A DNA stretch of 63,788 nt, filler included, from Malacoraja senta (taxonomy: Eukaryota), in assembly GCA_038087875.1 (NCBI GenBank). It is 3 parts of 3 records of this genome, joined end to end, with 100 filler letters (N's around TTAATTAATTAA, not from the genome) between each part and the next. Parts side by side here need not be neighbours in the genome. Positions count along the whole stretch, not along the records: positions 1 to 30,807 come from JAXLNO010003642.1; 2 more parts are not named here. One strand, given 5' to 3'. The notes beneath the pieces are model-generated. The model had not been told where the DNA came from. It worked only from the letters and a program-made list of their open reading frames with translations, and did not search any database. Positions 1 through 13,589 of the stretch are shown one piece after another. The position numbers and the translations under genes were made by a program. How positions within the stretch are numbered: the stretch's first letter is position 1; every line of letters starts with the position of its first letter.

Positions 1-620
1 TTTCTGGTAAAGATTGTAAATTGTCCCCCTGTGTGTGTGTAGGATAGTGTTAGTGTGCGGGGATCGCTGGTCAGCACAGACTCGGTGGGCTGAAGGGCCT
101 GTTTCCGCGCTGTATCTCTAAACTAAACTGGTCTAAACTGGTTGAAGAACATAATTCAAACATCAAGTTGTCTACCTTGGATTTTTCCAGCATCTGCAGT
201 TCTTTCTTAAACATGTACTTGTTCCTTGTACTTTTCCTGAGTGTATGGTGGGGGTAATATGGAGTGAGCTTTACCCAAAATCAAATGTGAGGTAAGAGTC
301 GTTTAATTGTCATATGTATCAACAATAGAACAACAAAATTCTGACTTGCTGCAGCTTCACCTGCATGTAAATGCAATAACACAGAGATAATATAAAACAA
401 CCAATAAAACAATAAATTAATAACTGTAATACTGGACTATCATAATAGTGCAAAAAACTAAATTCATATTACATTCAAAGACAGTCCGTAGATGATCATA
501 GATACTGAAGTTAGTTTTGTGTGGTGTTCAAGAGCCTGATGTTTGCTGAGAAGAGGCTATTCTTGAATCTGGTTGTCACGGTTTTCAGGCTGCTGTATCT
601 TTCCCTATATCTATACTTAG

Positions 621-926
621 GGGCGGCAGGGTGGCGCAGCAGTAGAGTTGCTGCCTTATAGCACCAGACACCAGGGTTCGATCCTGACTATGGGTGCGGT
701 CTGCACGGAGTTTGTATGTTGGGTGAACGCATGGGTTTTCTCTGGGTGCTCCAGTTTCCTCCCACACTCCAAAGACGTACAGGTTTGTAGGTTAATTGGT
801 TTGTAAATTGTAATTTGTACCTAGTGTGTGTAGGATAGTGCCAATGTAAAGGGATCATTGGTCTTCGCAAACTTGGTAGGCCGAAAGGCCTGTTTCCAAG
901 CTGTATCTCTAAACTAAACTAAACTA
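621..926 (+). mobile_element. tRNA-derived SINE (HE1/V-SINE-like); representative of many copies on both strands
   Basis: A-box-like TGGCGCAGCAGTAG, B-box GGTTCGATCC, conserved core, CR1-like tail ending in (CTAAA)n. Related copies lie near 1541-1840 (-), 14400-14690, 14750-15060, 49900-50180 (-) and 57740-58030 (-). Confidence 0.85.
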
Positions 927-972
927 ATTCTGCCCTGAGAGTGTGTGCTTGGACAACGCAGACACAGCTTAA

Positions 973-1284
973 AGGCCCTGTCGCACTGTACGAGCTAATT
1001 CAAGAGTTCTCCCGAGTTTCCCCTGATTCGAACTCGTAGAATTACGGTAATAGCTGCTCGTAGGTACTTGGGGTCTCGTGGACTTTTTTCAACATGTTGA
1101 AAAATCTTCACGAGTCTTCACGAGCTTACCGCGTTTCCCCGAGTACCTGCCGTTAGCGTTACGAGCCGCTAGGAGACTTCCCGAGCTCCGACGTACCCGC
1201 TACGTACATTCTACGTGCTTACCACGAGTTTAATTTTTTTAACTCGGGAGAGCTCTTGAATTACCTCGTACAGTGGGACAGGGT
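973..1284. mobile_element. Non-autonomous TIR element (PIF/Harbinger-like MITE)
   Basis: Termini AGGCCCTGTCGCACTGTACGAG ... CTCGTACAGTGGGACAGGG are inverted repeats; no coding capacity. Confidence 0.7.
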
Positions 1285-3084
1285 TTGAATTTTCTTTTTA
1301 AAAGGCAGTACATTGAGGCAACTGGCAGATTTGGTGCCCCTCTGCTACAGCAACTTGGATTCAATCCTGATCTCGGGTACAACGTGTATCATTTTCTTGT
1401 TCTCCCGATGACAAGTGGATCTCCACCAAATGCTCCGTTCCTCCTATATCTCAAAGGCATGCGAGTTGGTTGGTTAATTGAATTTTGTAAATTGCCCAGT
1501 GTGTGATTGGATGACAGATGTTGTCTATGTTTAGTTTAGTTTAGAGATACAGTGAGGAAACAGACCCTATAGTCCACCGTGTCTGCACCGACCAGCGATC
1601 CCCGCATTTTAACGCTACCCTACACACACTAGGGGTAATTTTACCTTTTATACCAAGCCAATTAACGTACAAACCTGTACGTCTTTGGAGTGTGGGAGGA
1701 AACCGAAGATCTTGGAAAAAACCTACGCAGGTCAAGGGGAGAACGTACAAACTCCATATAGAAAAGCACTTGTAGTCAGGATTGAACCCAGATCTCTGGC
1801 ACTGTAAAGCAGTAGCCTTACGACTATGCCACCATGCCATCCTTCAGCAAGGTCCCACATGGGTGGCTGGTCCATTAGGTTTGAAAACATGGGATCCAGG
1901 GTGAGCTAGTCAATTGGACACAAAGTTGGCTTGGTGGTAGGAGTCAGAGAATGGTAGTGCAGGGTTGTTTTTTTACATAGGAAGCCTGTGACCAGTGGTA
2001 TGCCTCAGGGACTGATGCTCTGATGTCATTCAGTCACACACAGTGCTCTCAGACTGATTAATGATTTCAGTTTGCAGAAATGAAAGAGATGAAGGAAAGA
2101 GAGATAGAGCTGAGGGATGAGAGATGGAGAGATAAATAGATGGAGAGAGGTAGGGAGATAGAGAGAGATATATATAGTGAGATGGAGAAAGATGATAGAT
2201 AGAGAGAGGGATAATGTGATTGATACTTGTTGAGAGCAGAGCTGAAAATAGGTGAGGTGCCCTTGGGAAACAGTGAGTGTGGACACAGGATGTCTGGGGA
2301 TGGCCAGTTTATAAATGGACTACACTATGAAGGAAAATAGATCAATGTTAAGAGTTCTCAAGCCAGATAAGCAAAACAAAGATGTGTTTTGTTATTCAGT
2401 CCATGGATGAGTGGCAACTTGAATTTCTTGATTTTCTTTTCAGAGTTCAGACCTTGGATTAGAGTCTATTGTGCAACAAATCAGCTGAGCCCCTGGACAG
2501 ATTAATGGTTGCCTGTTCAACATTCTGTACAACTGTAACATGACACCCCAACCCTAGTCCTCAGTAGCATGGCTGAGGGAACAAGGCATAACATATACTC
2601 TGCGTAGGAATGAACAGCAGATGCTAATTTAAACCGAAGATAGACACAAAAAGCTAGAGAGACTCAGCGGCAATATTTCTGGAGAGAAGGAATGGGTGAC
2701 GTTTTGGGTCGAGGCGATTCTTCAGACATATATTCCCTTCACTTCCCTATCAAACTATGATGCCATTTTCAGGGAACTATGTAATTGTACACCAAGGTAC
2801 AGCTCCATTTACAATCCTGCAATAGATTTGGCCAGTCATGATTTGACTTCCCAAAATGCATCAAATCACACTTGTTTCAGTAAGATTTCAACTGGCATTC
2901 CTTCCCTCCCTCACCTCCCATCCCCTCACCTCCATACCTTTCCGGTTGATCAACATTATTTTGTAATCTTAGACAACAATTATCATTACCTAATATACTT
3001 ATCAATTTTGTTGTCAACTCTGGCAAAGAAGAATCCAAAGATACTTTATGTACATTCAAGAGTCAATATTGTTTTATTGTCATA

Positions 3085-3617
3085 CTAGACCAAGTGCAGA
3101 TCGGGTCTGCTCCCCCAACGAAATATTCCAGCACTCACCCGTTCCCCCAACGCAACCCGTTTGGCTTAAAAAACACTTTAATCATGAATAACCCGGTGGG
3201 GGGAGGGGGCAGGGGGTGTGGCACTCGGCAGCTTGAGAGCCCATCGTGATTGGTGCACTGGAGGGGGGTGGGGAGGGGGGAGGGAGGGTTGGAGCACTGG
3301 AGTGCCCGTCCCTCCTGGAGTGGCCCTGTCCTGCCTTGCGAGTGCATTGTGAAGTCACTCGGATTTTGTTTCCAAAATGGAAGAGTTTGAAGAAATCAGA
3401 CTGTTTAAATTTTTTTTACGATTAATAACTTCGGAAATATAGGTGGAAATGTGACGGGAAGATGTTTATCGCCACCACGGGAAAAATGTGAGTACGACGT
3501 GTGAAAATGAGAAAGCTGTGGCCTAGCATTAGGAAGAAGATAGCAATTAACCAGATTGACACACACAGAGACACATCGTGGCCACAAACAAGCCAAAGAC
3601 TTTTAGTTATATAGAGA
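3085..3617 (-). mobile_element. Non-autonomous Helitron
   Basis: On minus it starts TC(TCTATATAACTAAAA) and ends CTAG. A GCAGA/TCTGC hairpin lies about 11 nt before the 3' end. It sits between A and T of a host repeat (gtcatA|Tgtcc) with no TSD. Confidence 0.8.
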
Positions 3618-4179
3618 TGTCCTAGATAGAACAATGACATTCTTACTTGCAGCAGCACAACAGAATATGTAAACATAGTACACTGTAAACAATATAAGAA
3701 ACAAGAAATAAAAATATCTGGGTGTGTATATATACACATACTCACAAATACACATATATACAGATCATATTCGTATATATATATCCACACACACACTCAT
3801 ATGTACACACAAAAAACAAACAATAATGGTGCAACAATAACAATAATAGTCTATGTAGTTAAGAGCTTGTTTAAGGCTGTAGTGTTTAATAGCCTAAAGG
3901 CTGTAGGGTAGAAGTTATTCCTGAACCTGACGTTACAGTTTTAAGGCTCCTGTACCTTCTACCCTATGGCAGGGGTGAAATAAGTGTGTGGCCAGGGTGG
4001 TGTGGGTCTCTGATGATGCTTGCTGCCTTTTTGAGCTTCCTTCGATGGTAGGAAGATCAGAACCCGTGATGGACTGGGCAGTGTTCACAAGTTTTTACAG
4101 TCTTCTTCACTCCTATATTAAATGAATGAGGGTAACTTGATAAAGAATAAATCCACTCAGAAAATAAAAGCTGTCATCT

Positions 4180-5100
4180 CTGTGAGGAGCTGCATGAGAT
4201 GAGCAAGATCTTCAAGGAGTATTTCTCCCCTGTTTTTACTGTGGAGAAAGATTTGAAGATGAGGGAGCTTGCAACAGGAAATGGAGATGTCTGGAGGACA
4301 GTCCGTGTTATGGCCGATGATGTGCTGGAAATCCTACGACATATGAAAGTAGATAATTCACCCAGACCTGATCACATATATCTGAGGACAATGTGGGGAG
4401 CTAGAGAAGAAATTGCAAGCGCCCTGACTGAGAGATATGAATCATTGTTAGACATGGGTGAGGTGCCGGATAACTGGAGGGTGGCAAATGTTGTGCATCT
4501 ATTTAAGAAGGACTATAGGGCAAAACCTAGAAACTATAAATCAGTGGGCCTACAATCTGCGGTAGGTAAGTTACTGGACAGGATTCTGAGAGATGGGGTA
4601 AATATGCATTTGTAGAGACAAGGGCTGGTCAGCGTGGTTTCGGACGTGGGAGATCATGCATCGCCAATCTGGTAGTTTTTGGAAAAAGTAACCAAGAAGG
4701 TTGATGATGATAAGGTCATAGACATTGTACATATGGTCTTCAGCAAGGCCTTTGATAAGTTTCTGCATGGTAGGCTGCCCTTGATGATTAGAGCTCATGG
4801 CATTCAGGGAGAACTAGCTGCCTAACCAATGAATTAGGTTCATGGAAGGAAGCATAGGGTGATAGTGGAAGTGCTTTTCACACAGGAGGCCTGTGACTAG
4901 AGGTGTCCCTCAGGGATCTGTGCTGGGCCTATTGCTGATTGTGGTTTATATGAGCAACTTAGATGAAAATGTGCAGCATGATTAGAAACTTTGCAGATGA
5001 CATTGACATAGTTGGTATCATAAACAGTGAACATAGTTATCAAAAATTACAGCTGGATCTTGATCAGTGAGACAAGTGGGCTGAAGAATGGTTAATGGAG
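4180..5100 (+). mobile_element. Degenerate CR1-clade LINE ORF2 fragment
   Basis: ORF 4199-4615 has the CR1 motifs VPDNWRVANVVHLFKK and NYKSVGLQSAVGKLL; it is frameshifted downstream. Confidence 0.85.
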
Positions 5101-7489
5101 CTTCCAGGCCTGACCTACTGACACTGTTGATCATGCCACCATCGGCCCACAAAGCTTCCAGTCCATGTTTGCCTCCAACCTTCACCTGTACTCTAGCCCC
5201 TCGTGGGCCCATTGACTCCGCCAATCCTCGCCTCGTCACCGGCCACCAGCCGGCCAAAGACATCAACTCACATGGTTTGCAGTCCCAGTTTTCGGCCATT
5301 GGCTGTTGGCCCCTACAATGTATGCTAGAGCTGTCTGGGATCCTTCCCCCCCCTGCGACTTACTTCTGATACAGACCAGTCAGTCTTGAACAGAGGCCTT
5401 ACCTTTGTACCCCTACACCCCCCACTTCAACGAGTTCAGGGCTTACCATGATGTAGAGCTCTTCTTCAGTTGCCTCCGCTTCCGAGCCTTTTTCTACGGG
5501 AAGGAGTCCTCACCTCCCGGTGAAAACACAGTCCTCCTTATCCTACAAACCCCATCCTCTTTGACCCCCTGTGCCAGCCTTCTACCCTCTCCCGACCTGT
5601 TTATTTCGAACTGCCGGCATGACATATCTCTAAACCAAACTCAATTATGAACAAATGGTGATTCAATTCTAAGTCAGGATGGATCCCAGGTCAGGTTCTC
5701 ACACATCTGCTGACCTTGTTGTTCTTGTGCTTGAGATGTTGAGTTTGGAATGTTCTGATGGGCTAGACGACACGTATCTGCAGTGTGTTTTGTCGCTGGT
5801 TAAAGCTTGTGGTGCAGTGAATAAACGAGGAAATGAAATTGAGCATTGTGCATTCAACAGCAGACAATCACTTTTGACTTTATAATGGAAGGAAGGTCAC
5901 TAAAGTCCCAGATCTTGATTACTGAATACTCCACATCTTCCAGGCACCAAACATTGATTTACCTTGATTGGGTTACTTGGTATCTGCATAAGGAATGGGA
6001 ACAGCTTCAAACAATCTACTTGATTGTCGTTAATTAATTTTAGTAATAATATCATAGAGTCATAGAGTGATACAGTTTGGAAACAGGTCCTTCGGCCCAA
6101 CTCGCCCACACCGGCCAACAATGTCCCAGCTACACTGGTCCCACTTGCCTGCGATTGGTCCATATCCCCCCCAAACCTGTCCTATCCATGTACGTCCAAC
6201 TGTTTCTTAAACAATAGCATAGTCCCAGCCTCAACTCCCTCCTCTGGCAGCTTGTTCCATAAACCCACCACCCTTTGTGTACCCCTCGGATACCTATTGA
6301 ATCTTTTCGCCTTCACCTTGAACCTATGTCCTCTGGTCCTCGATTCCCCTACTCTGGGCAAAGTAATCTATGCATTGAATAACAGTTGATTGCGTTATCA
6401 TTTCAATGTGTGCTGATCTTTCAGGAAACGTTCCAAGTCAATCCATGTTCATCACACTCATAGTCACTTTGAGGTAACATTGGCTGGGCAGGTTGTCGCT
6501 TCTAGTAATCTTGATAAAGAATGTCAGGTCAAGTGTACAATGCTCAATTATTTCATAAAGTCAGATTCAAGTTAGGGCCGTGGACCAGTGTCTGTTCCAT
6601 GCAAGATTAATCCTGATATTGTGAACTTTACACTAATACCAAATAATGTGGGCTAAACCCTGCAGCTCCAAACCAGTGCTGCCACCAAAGCAATAGGTTA
6701 TAAGGTCAAGTTAAATCTCTACATTGTTTACAACTTTGGAGTTTTGATTTATGCAAAATGTTAGTGGAAATGTGGTAACTCTTGTGTATTGTCTCAATGT
6801 AATCTATATTTCCTGTAGTCTTGTACTAAAGTATGATTGTCCTTGTGGATTGTAAATGTTTGACAGAACTGTATGCAAAAAGGAATTTCACTGAACCCAG
6901 GTATATGCGACAATAAAGTACCATTGAACCACTGTCACTTGAATACATAAGCAGGTTATAGTCAAGAATTATTTTTAAATTCATTTGCCCAGGTTTATGC
7001 ACAGGTATGAAGTATTAATAGTCTCAGTTCAGTTTAGTTTATTGTGAAACAGTGAAAGCTGTTTACAGTGAAAAGCTTTTTTTGTGCTAACCAGTCAGCA
7101 GAAAGTCAATACATGATTGTAATCGATCTGAAGATAGACACAAAAGCTGGAGTAACTCAGCAGGACAGGCAGCATCTCTGGAGAGAAGGAATGGGTGACG
7201 TTTCGGGTTGAGACCCTTCTTCAATTCTTCTCTCCAGAGATGCTGCCTGCCCCGCTGAGTTACTCCAGCTTTTTTATGTCTATCTTCAGTTTAAACCAGT
7301 ATCTGCAGTTCCTTCGTACACATTACAATCGATCCATTTACAATGTATCACAGCAACTGGAGAACGAATCTCATCCTTTAATCCCATTTTTCTCCCTCAG
7401 TCCAACACACTGAACACAATGGAAATTAGCTGACTGACCGGAGATGTGTTCTCCATGACTTTGCACAACTCAAGCTGTGGAACCTCTAC

Positions 7490-8940
7490 AGAGCTGTAGA
7501 TGTTTTGTACATGGATTTCAGAAAGGTATTCGAAAAGGCTCCGCATGGTAGGCTGCTCTGGAAGATTTGATCACATGAGATCCAAGGAGAGATAGCTGAA
7601 TGGATAGCAAATGGCTCCATGGAAGGAAGCAGAGGATGATGGTGAAGGTTGCTTCACTGATTGGAGGAGTGTGACTAGTGGTGTGACTCAGGGTTCGGTG
7701 CTGGGCCCGTTACTGTTTGTCATCTACATAATTGATTTGGATGATATAATTATCCAAGATTAGCGAGTTTGCTGATGATACACAAGTGAGTGGTTTTGCA
7801 GATAGTGAAGATGGTTGTGAATGATTGCAGGTAGACAATGGTTGTGAACGATTGCAGCAGGATCTGGATCGATTGGCCAGTGGGCCGAGGAATGGTTGAT
7901 GGAATTTAATACAGAGAAGTGTGAGGTGTTGCTTTTTGGGACGTCTAACACAGTAAATGGTCGGTCTCTGGGGAGTGTTGAGAGGAGAGGGATCTAGGAG
8001 TACAAGTGCAAGGTTCCTTAAATGTCGAGTCACAGGTAGATAAGGTGGTCAAAAAGGCTTTTGGCACATTGTCCTTCATCAGTCAGAATAATGAGTACAG
8101 AAGTTGGGAGGTCATGTTGCAGTCGTATAAGACGTTGGTGAGACCGCATTTAGAATATTGTGTTCAGTTCTGAGCACCATGTTATAGGAAATATATTGTG
8201 AAGGTTGAAACTGGTCAGAAAATATTTACAAGGATGTTGCCAGGACTAGAGGGTGTGAGTTATAGGGAGAGGTTGAGTAGGCTGGGTCTCTATTCCTTGG
8301 AGCGCAGGAGGATGAGGGGTGATCTTGTAAGAGGTATACAAAACCATGAGAGGAATAGTTCGGGTAGATGCACAGAGTCTTTTGCCCAGAGTAGGGGAAT
8401 CGAGGACCAGATGACATAGTTTCAAGGTCAATGGGAAAAGATTTAATAGGAGTCCGAAGGGTAACTTTTTCACACAAAGTGTGGTGGGTGTATGGAACAA
8501 GCTCCCAGAGGAGGTAATTGAGGCTGGGACTATCCCCTCGTTTAAGAAACAGTTAGACAGGTACATTAATATGACAGGTTTGGAGGGATATGGACCAAAG
8601 GCAGGCAGATGGGGCTAGTGTAGCTGGGACATGTTGGCTGTTGTGGACAAGTTGGGCCAAAGGGCCTGTTCCCAAACTGTATCACTCCATGACTCCATAA
8701 CTAAACCAGGGGCCACAGTCTTAGAATAAAGGGGAGGTCATTTAAGACTGAGGTGAGAAAAATCTTTTTCACCCAGAGAGTTGTGAATTTATGGAATTCC
8801 CTGCCACAGAGGGCAGTGGAGGCCAAATCACTGGATGGATTTAAGAGAGAGTTAGATAAAGCTCTAGGGGCTAGTGCAGTCAAGGGATATGGGGACAAGG
8901 CAGGCATGGGTTATTGATAGGGGACGATCAGCCATGATCT
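7490..8940 (+). mobile_element. Degenerate CR1 LINE RT and 3' end fragments
   Basis: Nucleotide remnants of the DFxKAFDKV and FADD motifs; ORF 8198-8419 LPGLEGVSYRERLSRLGLYSLERRRMRGDL; CR1 3' tails. Confidence 0.85.
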
Positions 8941-10775
8941 TAATGAATTACTACAACATTTTGTGTCTATCTTTGGCTTAAACCAGCATCTGCAGTTCCT
9001 TTGTTTACATTAAGAATGTTTTGGACTTGTTTAGCATGGTTTGATCTCATTGTTTGAAACATAATTCATTAACATTGTCCAATAGGGAGAGTGAGTATTT
9101 CTTGAAGTAAATGCCACAATTTGTTTGCTTAACCTCGTGAAAGGCTGTGCTTGGTATTGGGTTACCTGAATTCAACTGTAATCAATATCAGACTGACAGA
9201 CAAAAAGCCTTGTTCTCGCCCTGAACTATGGAGTAACATGCAGTCTAGTTCAGGCTAGGCTGTGATGTCTCCCAGTAAATGGAAATAGCTCTCAAACATA
9301 CCATGTGAGAACTGATCTTCAAAGTTCAGTCATGTGAGAAAGGTATTGTAGAGAGTGTGTCTACTTACAGCTAAGTAGATGGGACGAATGGCCTAATTCT
9401 ATTCCTATCACTTATGATCTTATGAACTTATGATTGTGTAAATAGCTGTCTGTAGTATTAACAATGACAAAACAAGTATATAGCTCAGTGTAGCATGCTA
9501 ACGTCTTGGTAAAACTCATTCAAACGTATTTTATTAAATGCTCATAATTCAGAAATGACACTGGTGGATATACAATGATATTCTCGGTCTGTTGCACATA
9601 AAACACTTCCACAGCTATTACACCACATCTTTGATAATGAGTATTGTTCCCAGTGCTCTGTCAGGTCAACAAAACACAGCCCCCATACGTTACCATGTTC
9701 CATAAATATTCACAGGACATGGTACTGGGATGTTGTCTATGTGGAGTTTGCATGTTCTCCCTGTGACCACGTGGGATTTCTCCCGGTACTCCGGTTTCCT
9801 CGCACATCTCAATGTTGGCCTTTGTAAAATTGCTCTAGTGTATGGAAAGCGGATGTGAGAGAGGGATAACATAGAACTGGTGTGTTGGATGGTTGGTATC
9901 AACACGATGAGCTGAAGGCTCTGCATCCATGCTGTATAACTCAACTAAACTAAGCAATATTATGTAAGCTGTGGTGTAGAGCGTGGTTCGTATTGAAAAC
10001 AAAGATCCTTGTTGACTGGCCCATCAAATACTTGAAGCACTGAGTGAAGCATTAAATGCAAAGGCAATTACTTCTCCACTACACCATCAGGTATGTGAAC
10101 AAGGAATGCAGGTTACAATATGTGACAAAGAGAAGTGGCAAAATAACTAGGAACGAACTGCAGATGCAGGTTTAAACCGAAGATAGGCTCAAAAAGCTGG
10201 AGTAACTCAGCGGGTCAAACAGCATTTCTGGAGTCTGAAGAAGGGTCTCGACCCGAAATGTCACCTATGTCTTGTATCCAGAGATGCTGTCTGATCCGGT
10301 GAGTTTCTCCAACTTTTTGTGTCTATCTCAGGCAAGATATGTATATGATGTTTGAGAGGCTTTTAGATTGACAAACTGATCTGCAGGAAATAGAGGGATA
10401 TGGATCATGTTGCAGTTGGATGGGATCAGTTTAGCATCTCATCATGTTCACCACAGACATTGTGGGCCAAAGGGCCTCTTCCTGAGATGAACATTTTTAT
10501 GTTTTATACAAAATAAGATTAATAATCAGCTGTAAGCCCCCTTGAACAGACTGCATCATTCAATAACATTATGTCCAATCTGATTTCGATCAGTTTACTG
10601 CATTATTTCTGCAATCTTTGATTCATTTCTGATCTAAAACTCTCTATATCTCAACCTGGAAAATATTCATTCACCTTATCTTCACAGCTGGAATAGAATG
10701 TTCGGGCAAATCATACACCTCCTGGAAAATAAATCATCTTCGTAGCTATTTTAAAGAAGAACCTGGCAAGGGAGG

Positions 10776-11006
10776 ACTGCCGAGAACAAAGAGGGTCTCG
10801 GGGTGGGGGGGGGGCTGATAATACAGGTGAACCCAACATGGAGTGGCTGCCGAGAACAATGATGGTCCCGGGGTTGGGGGCCGTTGATAACACAGGTGAA
10901 CCCAACATGGAGGGGCTGCCGAGAACAAAGATGGTCCGGGGGTTGGGGGGCCGTTGATAACACAGGTGAACCCAACATGGAGGGGCTGCCGAGAACAAAG
11001 AGGGAC
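10776..11006. repeat. Minisatellite, ~69-70 bp unit, about 3.3 copies
   Basis: gctgccgagaacaa recurs at 10846, 10915 and 10985, with a variant at about 10777; the paralog at about 16640 has one unit. Confidence 0.9.
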
Positions 11007-11730
11007 CATTGGGGACTGTAATGATTACTTTGTAACTGTGTCGACACCCTATACATGGTGACTCGTTGTATGTCATGCAAAACAAAGAATTTCACTGTGA
11101 CATGACACATATGGTAATAAAGTATCAATCAATCAAATGGGCGACCTTTTATTCCAAAATGTGGCGCAATGTATGACTTTGGAATCACAGGGTAACTGCA
11201 GTGAAGACAGCATTTGAAAAATTAATGGCTGAATGTAAAGCCATCAGTCAGCATTGATACAATAAAGAGCATAGAACATAGAACAGTATAGCACAAGAAC
11301 AGGCCCTTTGACCCACAATGTTTGTGCCGAACATGATGCCAAGACCAATTGTTATCTGCTTGCACATAATCCATATCCATCCATACCCTGCATATACATG
11401 TGCCTATCTAAAAGTCTCTTAAATGCCACTATCATATCTGCTTCCACCACCACCCCCGGCAGCACATTACAGTCACTCACCACCCTTGGCGTAAAACACT
11501 TGTCCTGCACATCTTTTTTAAACTTTGCCACTCATTGTAAAGCTATACCTGCTCTTATTTGATATTTCCTTCCTGGGTAAAGAGTCTGATGGTCTACCCT
11601 ATCTCTACTCCTCCCAGTTTGATATATTACTGTCAGGTCTCCCCTCAATCCACGACATTCCAGAGAAAACAATCCAACTGTCCAGTCTGTCCAACTTCTC
11701 CCTGTGGCTAATACCCCACTAATCCAGGCA

Positions 11731-11957
11731 TCATTCCGGTAGACCTCTGCATCCCAATGGAAGTTGATTGTGCTTCATGGTCACTGCAGTCGTCTCCTGG
11801 TCTCTGCTGTTGTCAGCTGGTCCCTGTTCATTGAAAGGTTTTATCTTTTTCCTCTTCTTCCAGCAACCAATTCCAAGGATGATCCCCAGGAGAATGAGAG
11901 GAACGATTACAGCTCCAGTCACGATCCTAATCTTTATATCTTCTTTCGCTGCCATCT
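11731..11957 (-). CDS. Gene A connecting peptide/TM/cytoplasmic exon (MHC class I-like)
   Basis: Phase-1 acceptor ccaacag|AG; EMAAKEDIKIR-IVTGAVIVPLILLGIILGIGCW-KKRKK...GLPE*. Hydrophobic span plus basic stop-transfer; in phase with the C1 exon at 15156-15427. Confidence 0.75.
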
Positions 11958-12204
11958 CTGTTGGCATATATAGTGCATTTTAAACATTTATTGATCAATT
12001 ACGACTTTGAAATGATTTTATTATCTACATTAAAATAGCATTGTTCACATCTAAATAAAAAGTAACAAAGTCTTAGATTTATGTAATTGTCCAGACGATG
12101 GATGTTTAAATAGATCAATGAAAAATCTTTGAAGTTCATATTAGCGTTGAGATTTTATCTGCAGCATTTAATTATGAATTTAAAGAATCAAGCATATGTC
12201 AGAA

Positions 12205-13065
12205 ATAAAGATTCAAGATTCAAGATATTTTATTAGTCACATTCACATACACCCGGGTGTAGTGAAGTGAAATGCTTTTTGCCATTATGCAGCACACAAA
12301 AAAGAGAGAGAATACAGACACAACACCAAGATAGTCTTAACACTGAACATCCCCCCACAATGGTTCCCACCATGAGGGAAGGCACAAAGCCCAGTCCCCA
12401 ACCCCAGTTCACCCATAGTCGGGCCCATTGAGGCCTCCACAGTTGCCTCTATGGAGGCCCGATGTTCCAGGCCGTTCTCGCCGGGTGATGTTGCTCCGGC
12501 GTCGGGAGAGTCCTCCCAGCGGCCTGGGAACCCTGGAACGGCCGCTTCCGCACTGGGGCCGCAGCTTCCAAAGCCAACAAGGCCGCACCGGTTGGAGCTC
12601 CACAACTGGCGCTCTCATCTAGAGATCCCAGGCTCCCGGTGTAAAGTTCAGCGCCGCCGCCCGCGGCTGGTCGCTCCACAGTCCCGCAGCTCCGCGATGT
12701 TTTCTCCAGCGATCCTCAGCTCACCGAAGCTCCAGCGCGGTGACCCGGGCAAGGCACCGCCCGCTCCGCGATAGCGCTCCAGCGCTGTGCCGCCGCAGAA
12801 GCCGAGGCTCTGGGCGGTCCCCGACAGGAAACGCCGCTCCAGGCCCGCTGGTAAGCCGCGAGGACAGGTCGAAGCTGCAGCCCGGAGAAAAGCTGCCTCT
12901 CCGGCCAGGTAGGGACCCTGAAAGGTAGTTTCCCCCTCGCCCCCCCCACACAAAAAAGTCTAGACCTCCAAAACAAAACACTTTACTGACTAAAATAAAA
13001 AATAAAGGTGAAAGGACAGACAGCTGCTGGCTGGGCAGCCGCACACAGGTCAGCGCCCCCTGGTG
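12205..13065 (-). mobile_element. GC-rich non-autonomous retroposon with tandem-repeat tail (family unassigned)
   Basis: Absent from the paralogous segment at about 17860, with a (CTTGAAT)n-type tail on minus. Related elements lie near 23130-23945 (+), 45945-46640, 48060-48900 and 50900-51400. Confidence 0.65.
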
Positions 13066-13589
13066 GTCTATTTGCAGTGTAGAGGTCAACAAGGCTATTT
13101 TCTTATGTTGACCATTGTTATTTTAGCAAATAAAAGTGAACCCATTTATAGTTGATAAAACTTCAAAGGTTTTAAACTTTGCTGATATTTCAATATCTGA
13201 GAGTTTGATATTCTCACACACACACACTCTCTTTCTCTCCCTCCCCCTCCCCCTCTCTCTGTCTCACACGCATGAGCGCACACACACACGCACACTCAGA
13301 CATTAACACTACTGTCTATTTGTACTGACCAGCAATTTTAACCATGTCATCTTGGCCCTGGTGTGAAGATATTTGCAGAGGTCTTGACTGGAACAAATAA
13401 GTCAGCTACAGAACAGGTGCTGCTACTTCATACTGATAATGGGGTTGGATGTGGCACCACTATTGGCCTTTTGTGCAACTAACTACTATTAAAAAATTAG
13501 CTAGATGCCCAAGAAATAAGATAAGAGACCTTGGCCAGGATCAGCCTATCTTGCTTCCTACATTTGGATGTGTGAGTTAAGGGTGACAT

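Larger units (their letters stand above)
10449..13513. repeat. Tandem segmental duplication, copy 1 (paralog 16321-18305)
   Basis: Continuous high similarity from caccacag (10449/16321) to gcccaag (13513/18305). Copy 1 has an extra ~860-bp insertion (about 12205-13065) and an expanded minisatellite. Confidence 0.95.

Noticed and set aside
621-700. tRNA gene
   Set aside because: A and B boxes continue into SINE core and tail, with no cloverleaf 3' end.
2696-3088. 130-aa ORF
   Set aside because: Starts in a Penelope-derived repeat, has no recognisable domain and no splice support.
5699-5805. Candidate minus-strand terminal cytoplasmic exon (LTSDKTHCRYVSS...ADV*)
   Set aside because: The gene A TM exon already runs to a stop with no convincing internal donor, and there is no homology support.
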